Origin: an uncultured Clostridia bacterium
GTDB lineage: Bacteria; Bacillota; Clostridia; Christensenellales; Aristaeellaceae
Reading direction: 5' to 3'
DNA length: 64,000 bases
Assembly (NCBI GenBank): GCA_945928315.1
Contig: CAMENN010000001.1
Coordinates: 142 to 64,141 of the forward strand
How positions within the stretch are numbered: position 1 is the stretch's first letter; each line of letters starts with the position of its first letter. Below, one piece after another: positions 25,577 through 34,425 of this stretch. The notes beneath the pieces were generated by a model. The model saw only the letters and a program-made list of their open reading frames with translations, was not told the origin of the DNA and did not search any database. The position numbers and the translations under genes were made by a program.

Positions 25577-27199
25577 TTACTTGATCAGCTGATACGCCTC
25601 GTTGCCCTCGTCGATGACGTCCTGCAGGCCGCGGTCCTTGAGCGCCTCGTACTTGGCGAAGAACTCGTCCACGGTCAGCTGGCCCGCGATGCACTGGTCG
25701 CGCAGCGTGCACACGCCGTTGCCGCCGGTCATCAGCTCGCCATGGTACTCGACATAGGCGTCGGTCTCCAGCGTCGGGGGCATCGCATAGTAGTGGCCCG
25801 CGTTGACGCCATTCTCGTTCAGGCCGTCATAGAAGCTCTTGCGCGGGATGGTCAGGTCGTCCACGGTCTTGCCGCTGAAGACGCACTGCATGAACGCGTT
25901 GTTCTGCCAGTCGCCGCCGAAGGGCTCATACTCCATGCCCAGGGTGCGGTAGTCGTTGAAGCCGTTCTTCACGACGTCGTAACGGAGCACTTCCACGCCG
26001 TCCACGATGTCATAGGTGTAGCCCTCGAGGCCGTAGTTGTAGAGCCTGCGGCCTTCCTCGGAGAACTGCCAGTTCCAGAACTTCAGGATGTTCTCGACCT
26101 TGCCCTCCTGCTCCGCCTTCACGGTGATGCACCAGTTCGGGGTCAGGCCCTGACGCATCTGGATCCACTGGTCGCCGTACGGGCCGGTGATCGGCGCGCA
26201 GCTCAGGTAGAGCGCGTCCTCGTCGCCGCTGGCGTTCAGGGTCTCGGTGTGAACCGCCTGCTGCTCCGCCCAGATGAACTCGCTGCCGGCGAGGTTGCCG
26301 GACATGGTCGGGTAGACCTCGGCCAGATAACGGGTGACGAACTCCGGATCGATGATGCCGTCAGCGTAGAGCTGCTGGACCTCGGTCAGGAACTCGCGAT
26401 AGCGCGGATGCTCATACACCAGGGTGTAGGTGCCGTCGTCGAGCACGCAGAACTGCGCGTCGTTGGAGGCCTTGATGCCGAACGCGTTGAGCAGCTGATG
26501 CAGGCAGCGCTCGCCGGTGGCGCCCATCTCGAGCACGAGCGGGATCTCGTCGGACTTGTCGCCGTTGCCGTTCATGTCGTTGTCACGCACGGCGTACCAG
26601 TAGGCCTTCCACTCCTCCCAGGTGGTGGGCATGTCCATGCCGAGCGCGTCGAGCCAGTCCTTGCGGATGGCCATCGTCTGGGAGCCGGGGACGTTCACGA
26701 TCGTCGGGATGGTGTAGATGTGGCCGTCGGCCGCGCGCCAGTTGGACATGCGGTCCTCGCCGACCGCCTCCACGATGTTGGGGATCAGGTCGAGGTAGTC
26801 GTCCAGCGCGATGATCGCGCCCTCGTTGGCCAGCACGCTCTGGCTGTAGCCGCCGCCGGGATGGATCATGTCGGGCAGGTTCTCGATGCCGTTGGCCAGC
26901 GTGGTGGCGACCTGCGTGCCGTAGTCGCTGTCGGTACGCCAGTCGATGTCAAAGTGCATGCCGGTCAGCTTCTCGATGCTCGGGAAGTAGTAGCAGCCGT
27001 CGAACTCGGTCGGATACTGGTTGAAGTGCACGCCCATCGCGGTGACGGTCATGCCACCCTCGACATAGAAGGTCTCGCTCGGCTGAAGGTCAGCCGCCTC
27101 CCACCACTTGTCGGGCAGTCCGCCGATGCCTTCTGCAAGCGCGGACACAGAGGTCAGCAGCATCGCCAGGGCGAGCGCCAGGGACAGGAACTTTTTCAT
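25577..27199 (-). CDS. Large extracellular solute-binding lipoprotein (LplA-like) of a sugar ABC importer
   Basis: 540 aa with signal peptide MKKFLSLALALAMLLTSVSALA. Followed by two permease genes. Confidence 0.8.
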   Translation of the reverse strand: MKKFLSLALALAMLLTSVSALAEGIGGLPDKWWEAADLQPSETFYVEGGMTVTAMGVHFNQYPTEFDGCYYFPSIEKLTGMHFDIDWRTDSDYGTQVATTLANGIENLPDMIHPGGGYSQSVLANEGAIIALDDYLDLIPNIVEAVGEDRMSNWRAADGHIYTIPTIVNVPGSQTMAIRKDWLDALGMDMPTTWEEWKAYWYAVRDNDMNGNGDKSDEIPLVLEMGATGERCLHQLLNAFGIKASNDAQFCVLDDGTYTLVYEHPRYREFLTEVQQLYADGIIDPEFVTRYLAEVYPTMSGNLAGSEFIWAEQQAVHTETLNASGDEDALYLSCAPITGPYGDQWIQMRQGLTPNWCITVKAEQEGKVENILKFWNWQFSEEGRRLYNYGLEGYTYDIVDGVEVLRYDVVKNGFNDYRTLGMEYEPFGGDWQNNAFMQCVFSGKTVDDLTIPRKSFYDGLNENGVNAGHYYAMPPTLETDAYVEYHGELMTGGNGVCTLRDQCIAGQLTVDEFFAKYEALKDRGLQDVIDEGNEAYQLIK

Positions 27200-27256
27200 G
27201 GAACAGCCTCCTTTTCTTTATATTCTCACGGGGCTTGCCCGCGAAAACCGGTTTTG

Positions 27257-28180
27257 TCAGCCCTTCACGGAGCCCAGCATCACGCCGGACACGAAGAACT
27301 TCTGCAGGAACGGATAGATTACGATCATCGGCACCATGGAGACCACCAGCACGCCGTTGCGGATCTGCGTGCTCAGCGCAGCCACGCCCGTGTTGTTCGA
27401 GCTGTTGACCGAGGCCAGGTTGGAGGTGGAGGTCTCCGCATTGAGCACCAGCTCCTTGAGCACGAGCTGGAGCGTCTTGTTCTTCTTGGAGGAGATGAGG
27501 ATGAGCGGGGTCATGTAGTCGTTCCAGTGGCCGACGATGATCCACAGCGCCACCGTGGCGAGCACGGGCTTGCTCAGCGGAATGATCAGCCGGATGAGGA
27601 TCTGGTAATCGTTCGCGCCGTCGATGCGCGCCGACTCGACCACCGAGAAGGGGATCGAGCTGAAGTAGCTGCGGATAATCACCACATTATATGCAGAGAT
27701 CAGCGTGTTGAGGATCAGCGCCCAGAGCGTGTCATAGATGCCCAGCGCGCGGATGGTCAGGAACATGGGCACCACGCCGGCGTTGAACCACATGGTGAAC
27801 ATGATGACCATCGTGTAGATCTTCTTGCCGTAGAAGTCGCCGAAGGCCAGCGGATACGCCGCGATGCAGGTGGCCAGCAGGCTGAGCACGCAGCCGACGA
27901 TGGCGACGAACGCGCTGTTGCCGATGGAGCGCCACAGGTCGGGATCGCGGAAGATCGTGGAGTACGCCTGACCGTTGAAGCCCTTGGGATAGAACGTCAC
28001 GTTCGAGGCGAGCACCTCGTACTCGTTTGACAGGGAGATGGACACGACGTTGAGCACGGGATAGAGGAAGAAGATCAGCAGCGCCGCCATGATGAGGACG
28101 TTGACCACGTCGAAGACCTTTTCGCCCGTGGAGCGCCGGATGAAATCGTGCTTCTTGTTCTTGGCTCTGACAGCAGACAT
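27257..28180 (-). CDS. Carbohydrate ABC transporter permease (LplC-like)
   Basis: 307 aa, 6 TM-type profile. RBS GGAAAGGAG. Confidence 0.85.
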   Translation of the reverse strand: MSAVRAKNKKHDFIRRSTGEKVFDVVNVLIMAALLIFFLYPVLNVVSISLSNEYEVLASNVTFYPKGFNGQAYSTIFRDPDLWRSIGNSAFVAIVGCVLSLLATCIAAYPLAFGDFYGKKIYTMVIMFTMWFNAGVVPMFLTIRALGIYDTLWALILNTLISAYNVVIIRSYFSSIPFSVVESARIDGANDYQILIRLIIPLSKPVLATVALWIIVGHWNDYMTPLILISSKKNKTLQLVLKELVLNAETSTSNLASVNSSNNTGVAALSTQIRNGVLVVSMVPMIVIYPFLQKFFVSGVMLGSVKG

Positions 28181-28199
28181 TGTTCTCGCGCTCCTTTCC

Positions 28200-29156
28200 T
28201 CAGAACAGCGACGTCTCGGAGACCTTGCGCGAGACGAAGTTGGCGATGAGCACCAGCGTCACGCTGATGACCGAGTTGAGCAGGCCGCCGGCGGTCGCCT
28301 GGCCGTACTTCTGGCTGACCATGCCCAGGCGGTAGACGTAGGTGGGCAGCATCTCGGAGACCTGCATGTTGAGGGTGTTCTGCAGCAGCCAGATCTTGTC
28401 GAACACGCAGTTCATCAACTGGCCGATCTGCATGATGAGCAGCAGGATGAACGTGGGCATGATGCCGGGGATGGTGACGTGCAGGATCTGCTTCCAGCGG
28501 TTCGCGCCGTCCATGCGCGCCGCCTCGTAGAGGCTCTGATCGATGCCGGCGATGGCGCTGATGTAGATGACCGCGTTCCAGCCGATGCACTGCCACAGGC
28601 CGGAGACGATGTTGATGCCGTAGAAGTAGTCCGGCACGGCCAGCCAGTTCACGGGCGTCAGGCCCATGAACTTCCAGATCTTGGCCAGCACGCCGATGGA
28701 CGGGGAGCAGATGTTGTTGATCATGCTCACCAGCACGACGGTGGAGACGAAGTGCGGCATGTAGGAGACGGTCTGCACGACCTTCTTGTAGCCGTTGCTG
28801 CGCACCTCGTTGAGCAGGATGGCGAAGACCAGCGGCGCCGGGAACACGATGGCCAGCGAGAGCAGGTTCAGCGTCAGCGTGTTGCGGATGTACTGCCACA
28901 GGTCCGGGCTGGAGAGCAGGCGCTCAAACCACTTGAAGCCGACGTACTTGGAGCCCTCGAAGCCCTTGAGCAGCTTGTAGTCGTAGAACGCCGCCCGCAG
29001 GTAGTACATGGGCAGGTACTTGAGCAGCAGCATGTAGATCAGGACGGGAATGACCATCAGGTAGATATAGCGGTTGCGCCAGATCCTGTTGCATACACGT
29101 CTTCTCACGCGGGCGGAGTTGAGGACGCTTTCCTTTCTGGTTGCTGCGGTGTTCAA
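28200..29156 (-). CDS. Carbohydrate ABC transporter permease (LplB-like)
   Basis: Start set at the in-frame TTG 29156, preceded by AAAGGGGGAT. The track ORF runs to 29414, but that extension has no RBS and no TM content. Confidence 0.75.
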   Translation of the reverse strand: MNTAATRKESVLNSARVRRRVCNRIWRNRYIYLMVIPVLIYMLLLKYLPMYYLRAAFYDYKLLKGFEGSKYVGFKWFERLLSSPDLWQYIRNTLTLNLLSLAIVFPAPLVFAILLNEVRSNGYKKVVQTVSYMPHFVSTVVLVSMINNICSPSIGVLAKIWKFMGLTPVNWLAVPDYFYGINIVSGLWQCIGWNAVIYISAIAGIDQSLYEAARMDGANRWKQILHVTIPGIMPTFILLLIMQIGQLMNCVFDKIWLLQNTLNMQVSEMLPTYVYRLGMVSQKYGQATAGGLLNSVISVTLVLIANFVSRKVSETSLF

Positions 29157-29348
29157 TGCGAATCCCCCTTTACATCTGGTTCTTTGTCCGGCCCGGGGAG
29201 TGCCTGTCATCCGCACCTCTCCATCCGTCCACCTCGAGTCTTGCATGGACGTTTCATCCATATCCCGAAGAGCGTTTCGCCCATATATGCCGCAAGTTCG
29301 GACACGACCATAACGGACTTTGTCCACCTTGCCAGCTTTCACGGTTTG

Positions 29349-29377
29349 ATTATAGCAAGAAATCACAATCTCCGCAA
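29349..29377 (-). promoter_or_regulatory. Promoter of the LplBCA-type operon
   Basis: The minus strand reads TTGCGG, 17 nt, TATAAT. This leaves a ~190-nt leader before TTG 29156. Confidence 0.6.
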
Positions 29378-29387
29378 TAGCCAATTC

Positions 29388-29433
29388 AAAAAGCCTCCGG
29401 CGTGCGCAGTGCACGAACGGAGGCCGTTTTTTT
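29388..29433. terminator. Bidirectional terminator after the PBP-HTH regulator gene
   Basis: AAAAA-GCCTCCG...CGGAGGC-CGTTTTTTT. Confidence 0.8.
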
Positions 29434-29505
29434 CAGTTATTCCAACACTTTTCGGGTTTTTGACCGTCCCGATTCAATTTTTCCGGATTTTTTCCGAAAA
29501 AGACT

Positions 29506-30636
29506 CTACAAAATCCCCTTTTCCCGGCAAAAGCGCAGGAACTCGAGCAGGTCGGAGGTGTGCGCGCAGCGGGCGATGTTCATCAGCCGTTTCTTGCGGT
29601 ACTGCAGCGCGGAGGCGGTCAGAAACAGCGTCTGCTCGAGCTTTTCCAGCGAGCAGCCGGCCAGCAGCCCCGAAAGCAGGCGCATGTCCAGCTCGTCCGC
29701 GGCGCTGAGCAGCGTCTCCGCGCGCAAAAGACGCTCGGCCTCCGGGTCGTTGTAGAAATTGATGGAGGATTCGAACGCGTCGGCGTCGTCCTCTGGCAGG
29801 GTGATGCTGGTCATGTCCGGCATGCAGGCGGTGGAGCCGCGCACGATGAGCTTGCTGCGCACGCGCGCGGAGACGCTCGCCGTGGAGGGCTGGCGGCACA
29901 GGTGGGAAAAGAGCAGCACCGCCTGGCGGCCCAGCTCCCGGTGATCGAGCGTGGCGATGGTCAGCGGCGGATCGACCCGCGCGGCGATGAGCGAATCGCC
30001 GAACGCCGTGACGAACAGGTCCTCCGGCACGCGCACGCCGTCCGCGCGCAGATGGCTGAGCAGCGACACCGCGGCGATGTCGTTGGCGCAGATGACCGCG
30101 TCAAACTGGCGCACGCGCGGGCGCATCCGGGCATAGCAGGCGGACAGGTCCGCATAGTTGAAGAAGACGCGCTCCTCCGCGCTGTAGCCGCGGTTTTTGC
30201 ACCAGTTGCTGAAAAAACGCAGCTTGATGTTGTCCGCCGAGGAGTTGGGGTTGTAGCCGTAGAGCGCGATGCGCCTGCGCCCGCAGCTGCTCAGGTAGGC
30301 GAGCAGATGGCTGATGGCGCCCACATAGTCCATGCGCACCATGCCGGCGGGCAGCGTCGTCTCCGAGGGATCGAAGCTGATGAACACGGACTCGATGCTG
30401 CGGGAATTGAAGAACGCCAGCGCGCCCGGCATCCAGGAGACGGACGTGCCGATGACGATGAGCATGCGCCGCTCGTCGCCGAAGAGGCGGTCGTAGTCGA
30501 TGGTCTTGTAGGCCTCCGCGTCGAGCGTCACGGTCTTGTATTTGCGCCGCGCCGCCTCCTGCGCCACGCCCTCCATCGTCTGCGCGGCCCAGAGGTAGCT
30601 GCGGAAATTCGGCTCCGTCAGCACGGGGATCAGCAC
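29506..30636 (-). CDS. Regulator with an N-terminal LacI-type sugar-binding (PBP) domain and a C-terminal HTH
   Basis: Start set at GTG 30636 (RBS AAGAGGTGAG). ANDIAAVSLLSHLRADGVRVPEDL... is a Peripla_BP-like core. The C-terminus LLSGLLAGCSLEKLEQTLFLTASALQYRKKRLMNIA looks GerE/LuxR-like. Confidence 0.6.
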   Translation of the reverse strand: MLIPVLTEPNFRSYLWAAQTMEGVAQEAARRKYKTVTLDAEAYKTIDYDRLFGDERRMLIVIGTSVSWMPGALAFFNSRSIESVFISFDPSETTLPAGMVRMDYVGAISHLLAYLSSCGRRRIALYGYNPNSSADNIKLRFFSNWCKNRGYSAEERVFFNYADLSACYARMRPRVRQFDAVICANDIAAVSLLSHLRADGVRVPEDLFVTAFGDSLIAARVDPPLTIATLDHRELGRQAVLLFSHLCRQPSTASVSARVRSKLIVRGSTACMPDMTSITLPEDDADAFESSINFYNDPEAERLLRAETLLSAADELDMRLLSGLLAGCSLEKLEQTLFLTASALQYRKKRLMNIARCAHTSDLLEFLRFCREKGIL

Positions 30637-30969
30637 GGCGCCCTCACCTCTTTTCCCTCGTTTTTCCTGCTGCTTTGCTCTGTAAGTCCCTCTGCAAAGC
30701 CCCGGACTCGACTGCAAAGCAGCGGAACTTGCACCACTTGGTCGCAAATGCAGCCGGCATCATGCCGGTTTCCTGCGGTGATCCGCCCCCTATTGTACAC
30801 ATTTTCCGGCGGCTGTGCAATCCTTCCGGCGCTTTTGCCGCAAAATCCTTCCGTCCGCCCCGCCCCCGGCCGCCCAGCCGCGGAAACGGCCCGCTTCTGC
30901 CCGTTTTCCTCCCCGAAAAGCCGCCGCCGCGCGCCAACGATTCCGGGAAAAAATCCGCCGCCTTTTGCC

Positions 30970-30998
30970 TTGGCGCCCCCGCCGCCCGATGCTATACT
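30970..30998 (+). promoter_or_regulatory. Promoter of the DUF5107/TPR gene (conserved block, copy 1)
   Basis: TTGGCG, 17 nt, TGC-TATACT (extended -10). Confidence 0.6.
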
Positions 30999-31059
30999 GG
31001 GCGCAGAAGGCCCGTCCGTTTCCCCTCTGCCCGTTTGCTCAGCACAAGGAGGTCTGTTC

Positions 31060-34000
31060 ATGAATCCCGTCGCCGTCACCGATGAACTGCGCATGCTGCC
31101 CGCCTACGGCTTTCCGCCCGCCGAGGAGCTGCCCCTGTTCGCGGAAAACCGCATTCACCAGCGCTCCAGCGGCAACCCCTATCCCGCCAAGGCCGTGCTC
31201 ACGGTGGACAGGGCGCACCGCGGGGATCGCCCGTTCCGCGTGATCACGCTGGAAAACGAATACCTGCGCGTGGAGCTGATGCCCGAGCTGGGCGGACGCA
31301 TCTACGCCGCGCTGGACAAGCGCACCGGCTACGACTTCTTCTACAAGCAGCATGTCGTCAAGCCCGCGCTCATCGGCCTGCTGGGCAGCTGGGTCTCCGG
31401 CGGCGTGGAGTTCAACTGGCCCTGCCACCACCGCCCCAGCTCGTTCATGCCGGTGGACGTGTCCATCGAGCGCGAGGAGGGCGGCGCCGTGACCGTCTGG
31501 ATGAGCGAAAACGAGCCGCTCGACCGCATGAAGGGCATGGTCGGCGTGCGTCTGGCCCCCGGCGAGGCGCGGCTGGATACCCGCATGCGCGTCTACAACC
31601 GCACGCCCGCGCGCCATTCCTTCCTGTGGTGGGAGAACGCCGCCGTGCCGGTCAACACGGACTACCGGCTGATCTTCCCGCCGGACGTGTCCTACGTCCA
31701 GTTCCACTACCGCAAGAACGTAACGGGCTATCCCGTCGCCTCCGGCGTGTACAACGGCATCCGCATGGGCGAGGGAACCGACATCTCCTATCACAAAAAC
31801 ACACACCAGCCCACGTCCTACTTCTGCGCCGAGACGAAGTATGACTTCTTCGGCGGCTACGACGAGGGCCGCCGCTGCGGCGTCATTCACGTCGCGGACC
31901 ACACCGTCTCCGTCGGCAAGAAGATGTTCACCTGGGCATACAACCAGCTCTCGCGCAGCTGGGAGCGCGCCCTCACCGACACGGACGGCCCCTATGCCGA
32001 GCTGATGGCCAGCTCCTATTCGCTCAACCAGCCGGACTTCGCCTGGCTCATGCCCTACGAGGGCCGCGAGTTCAGCCAGATGTGGTATCCCGTCGGGGGC
32101 ATCGGCCTGCCGCTGTGCGCCTGCCGGGAGGCCGTGCTCTCCGCGGAGAGCGGCCGTCTCGCCCTCGAGGCGACCGTGCCGCTTGAAAACGCGTCGCTCT
32201 GCGTCAACGGCGGGGAGCCGGTGCGCTTTTCTGCCTCGCCGGAGGCGGGCTTTGCCCTGCCGTTTGACGGGGAGCTGCGCGCATTCACGCTGCGCGACGC
32301 CGGCGGCCGCGTGCTGCTGCGCTACGAAAAGCCCGCCGCGCAGGCCGTGCGGCCGATGCCCGACACCCTGCCCGACAACCCGACGCTCGACGCGCTGCAC
32401 ACGGCGCAGGAGCTGTACCTGGCGGGCGTGCACGCGCAGCAGTACCGCGACCCCGCGACCGATCCCGCCGCCTACTGGCGGGAGGCCGTGCGCCGCGACC
32501 CGGAGTACGTGCCCGCGCTGACGGCGCTGGCGGAGGACGAGCTGCGCCATTTCCGCCCGGAGGCCGCGCTCAGCTATGCGATGCGTGCCTGGAAGAAGGT
32601 CACGATGCGCAACTTCCACCCGGAGAGCGGGCAGCTGCCGTACGTCATCGCGCGGATTCATGAGGCGCTGGGCGAGGACGGCGAGGCGTACGAATGGTAT
32701 ATGCAGGCCGCGTGGGCGCAGGACAGCCGCAGCCGCGCGCTCACCCGCGCGGCGATGCTGCGCGGACGCGCCGGGGACCGGCCCGCCATGGCGGAGCTGG
32801 CGCGCGAGGCGCTTGCCGAGCACGCGCGCAACGAGACGGCCGTCCTCGCGCTGGCCGTGGCGCTGGGGGACGATCCCGCCGCGCAGGACGGGGTGCTGCG
32901 CCGCCTGGAGGCCTACGACCGCCTGAACCCGGCCTGCCGCGCGCTGCGTCTGGGCGCTTCGCCCGAATTCTACGCGGGGCTGGGCGCGGACGCCTGCCAG
33001 ACCGTGCTGGACGTCTGCGAGGAGCTTTCGCTGATGGGCGAGACGGCCCTCGCCGCGCAGCTACTCCGTGGCCTGCCGCAGAAGACCGCGCAGACGGAGT
33101 ATGTGCGCGCGTACCTGACCGGCGACGACGGCGCGCTCCATGCCGCCGCGGGGCTGGGCACAGGCGTCGCCTTCCCCAGCCGGGCGATCGAGCTGCGCGC
33201 GCTGCAAAGCGCCGTGGCGAAGGCGCCGGGCGACGCGAACGCCCGCGGTCTGCTGGCCTGCCTGCTCTACGCGAACGGCCACCACGACGAAGCCGCCGCG
33301 CTCTGGGAGGAGGCCGCCGCGCTCGACCCGGAGAACCCCGCGCACCCGCGCAACCTGGCCGTCGCTTCCTATAGCCACCTCGGCCGCAGGGAAGAGGCCC
33401 TGCCGCTGCTGCGCCGCGCGCTCGCGCTGCATCCGCACGACGGGCAGCTCATCTTCGAGACGGCGCACGTCATGCTGCGCACGCATCAGCCGCCGCAGGA
33501 GGTGGCCGAGCTGCTCGCCGCGGAGAACTGCCCGCGCGAGGACGTGCGCATCGAGCACTGCCGCGCGCTCAACCTGTGCGGGCGATACGAGGAGGCGCTC
33601 TCGCTGATGCTGGCCGCGCCGTTCACCCCGTGCGAGGGCGGCGAGCACGCCGTCGCCGCGCAGTACATGTTCGCGCATCACGCGCTGGGGCGCAAAGCCC
33701 TCGCCGCGGGCAACGTGCAGGGCGCGCTTGCGCACTTCACCGCCGCCAAGACGCTGCCGGAGAGCCTGGGCGCGGGCCTGTGGAACGCGGTGCTGCTCGT
33801 GCCGCACCGCCATTATGAGGCCGTCTGCCTGCGGGCGCTGGGCCGCGGGGACGAGGCCGACGCCATCTGGACGGAGATCCTCTCGATTCAGAAGGACTAC
33901 TTCACCGACATGAACCTGCCCGAGCTGCCCTGCTGGCAGGCGATGGCCTGCCGGGCGCTGGGCCGCGATGCGCAGGCGCAGGCGCTCATCGCCGCGCATG

Positions 34001-34227
34001 TACGCGCGCAGGAGGCCGCCGCCCGCGCCGTCTGCCCGGGCTGGGCGGGCACCACGCCGTTCTTCCTCTCCTACATGGAGGACCCGCAGACCGTGCGCCG
34101 GGGCGCGCGGCGCTGGCAGCTGGCCATGGCGCATTTCGCCGCGGGCGACACCGGCGCCGCCGCGCAGCTCGCGCGCGAGGCGCTTGGCGACGATCCCGTG
34201 AATCTCTATGCGACGCTGATGATCTGA
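31060..34227 (+). CDS. DUF5107-like (aldose-epimerase-fold) protein with C-terminal TPR repeats
   Basis: True start is ATG 31060 (RBS AAGGAGG 31046-31052). The 1555-aa track ORF is extended upstream by an antisense open frame. The C-terminal half is Ala/Leu-rich and TPR-like. Confidence 0.7.
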   Translation: MNPVAVTDELRMLPAYGFPPAEELPLFAENRIHQRSSGNPYPAKAVLTVDRAHRGDRPFRVITLENEYLRVELMPELGGRIYAALDKRTGYDFFYKQHVVKPALIGLLGSWVSGGVEFNWPCHHRPSSFMPVDVSIEREEGGAVTVWMSENEPLDRMKGMVGVRLAPGEARLDTRMRVYNRTPARHSFLWWENAAVPVNTDYRLIFPPDVSYVQFHYRKNVTGYPVASGVYNGIRMGEGTDISYHKNTHQPTSYFCAETKYDFFGGYDEGRRCGVIHVADHTVSVGKKMFTWAYNQLSRSWERALTDTDGPYAELMASSYSLNQPDFAWLMPYEGREFSQMWYPVGGIGLPLCACREAVLSAESGRLALEATVPLENASLCVNGGEPVRFSASPEAGFALPFDGELRAFTLRDAGGRVLLRYEKPAAQAVRPMPDTLPDNPTLDALHTAQELYLAGVHAQQYRDPATDPAAYWREAVRRDPEYVPALTALAEDELRHFRPEAALSYAMRAWKKVTMRNFHPESGQLPYVIARIHEALGEDGEAYEWYMQAAWAQDSRSRALTRAAMLRGRAGDRPAMAELAREALAEHARNETAVLALAVALGDDPAAQDGVLRRLEAYDRLNPACRALRLGASPEFYAGLGADACQTVLDVCEELSLMGETALAAQLLRGLPQKTAQTEYVRAYLTGDDGALHAAAGLGTGVAFPSRAIELRALQSAVAKAPGDANARGLLACLLYANGHHDEAAALWEEAAALDPENPAHPRNLAVASYSHLGRREEALPLLRRALALHPHDGQLIFETAHVMLRTHQPPQEVAELLAAENCPREDVRIEHCRALNLCGRYEEALSLMLAAPFTPCEGGEHAVAAQYMFAHHALGRKALAAGNVQGALAHFTAAKTLPESLGAGLWNAVLLVPHRHYEAVCLRALGRGDEADAIWTEILSIQKDYFTDMNLPELPCWQAMACRALGRDAQAQALIAAHVRAQEAAARAVCPGWAGTTPFFLSYMEDPQTVRRGARRWQLAMAHFAAGDTGAAAQLAREALGDDPVNLYATLMI

Positions 34228-34246
34228 CGGCCAATCGAATACCTCC

Positions 34247-34288
34247 GGAGCGCACAGCCCTTCCCGAGCCGTGCGCTCCAAGGTTTTC
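34247..34288 (+). terminator. Hairpin after the DUF5107/TPR gene (weak U tract)
   Basis: GGAGCGCAC...GTGCGCTCC followed by AAGGTTTT. Confidence 0.5.
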
Positions 34289-34313
34289 CCGAAAAAATCC
34301 GCCGCCTTTCGCC

Positions 34314-34342
34314 TTGTGACCCCCATCGCGCAATGCTATACT
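34314..34342 (+). promoter_or_regulatory. Promoter of the second GH-like gene (conserved block, copy 2)
   Basis: TTGTGA, 17 nt, TGC-TATACT. The surrounding ~65 nt match 30943-31010. Confidence 0.6.
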
Positions 34343-34425
34343 GAGCACAGAAACCGCGCCCGCGCCGCGGATACGGCATGCCGCCCGGGCAAGCAGAGCG
34401 CCATCAGGAAAGAGAGGAATCCATC

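Noticed and set aside
28200-29414. Long form (404 aa, GTG 29414) of the LplB-like permease
   Set aside because: The extra 86 residues are hydrophilic, overlap the predicted promoter and leader, and have no RBS. The TTG at 29156 has AAAGGGGGAT upstream and gives the usual ~320-aa permease.
29560-31059. The first ~500 codons of the 1555-aa track ORF 29560-34227
   Set aside because: This part is antisense to the regulator gene and crosses the promoter region. The recognisable protein begins at ATG 31060, which has a perfect AAGGAGG RBS.
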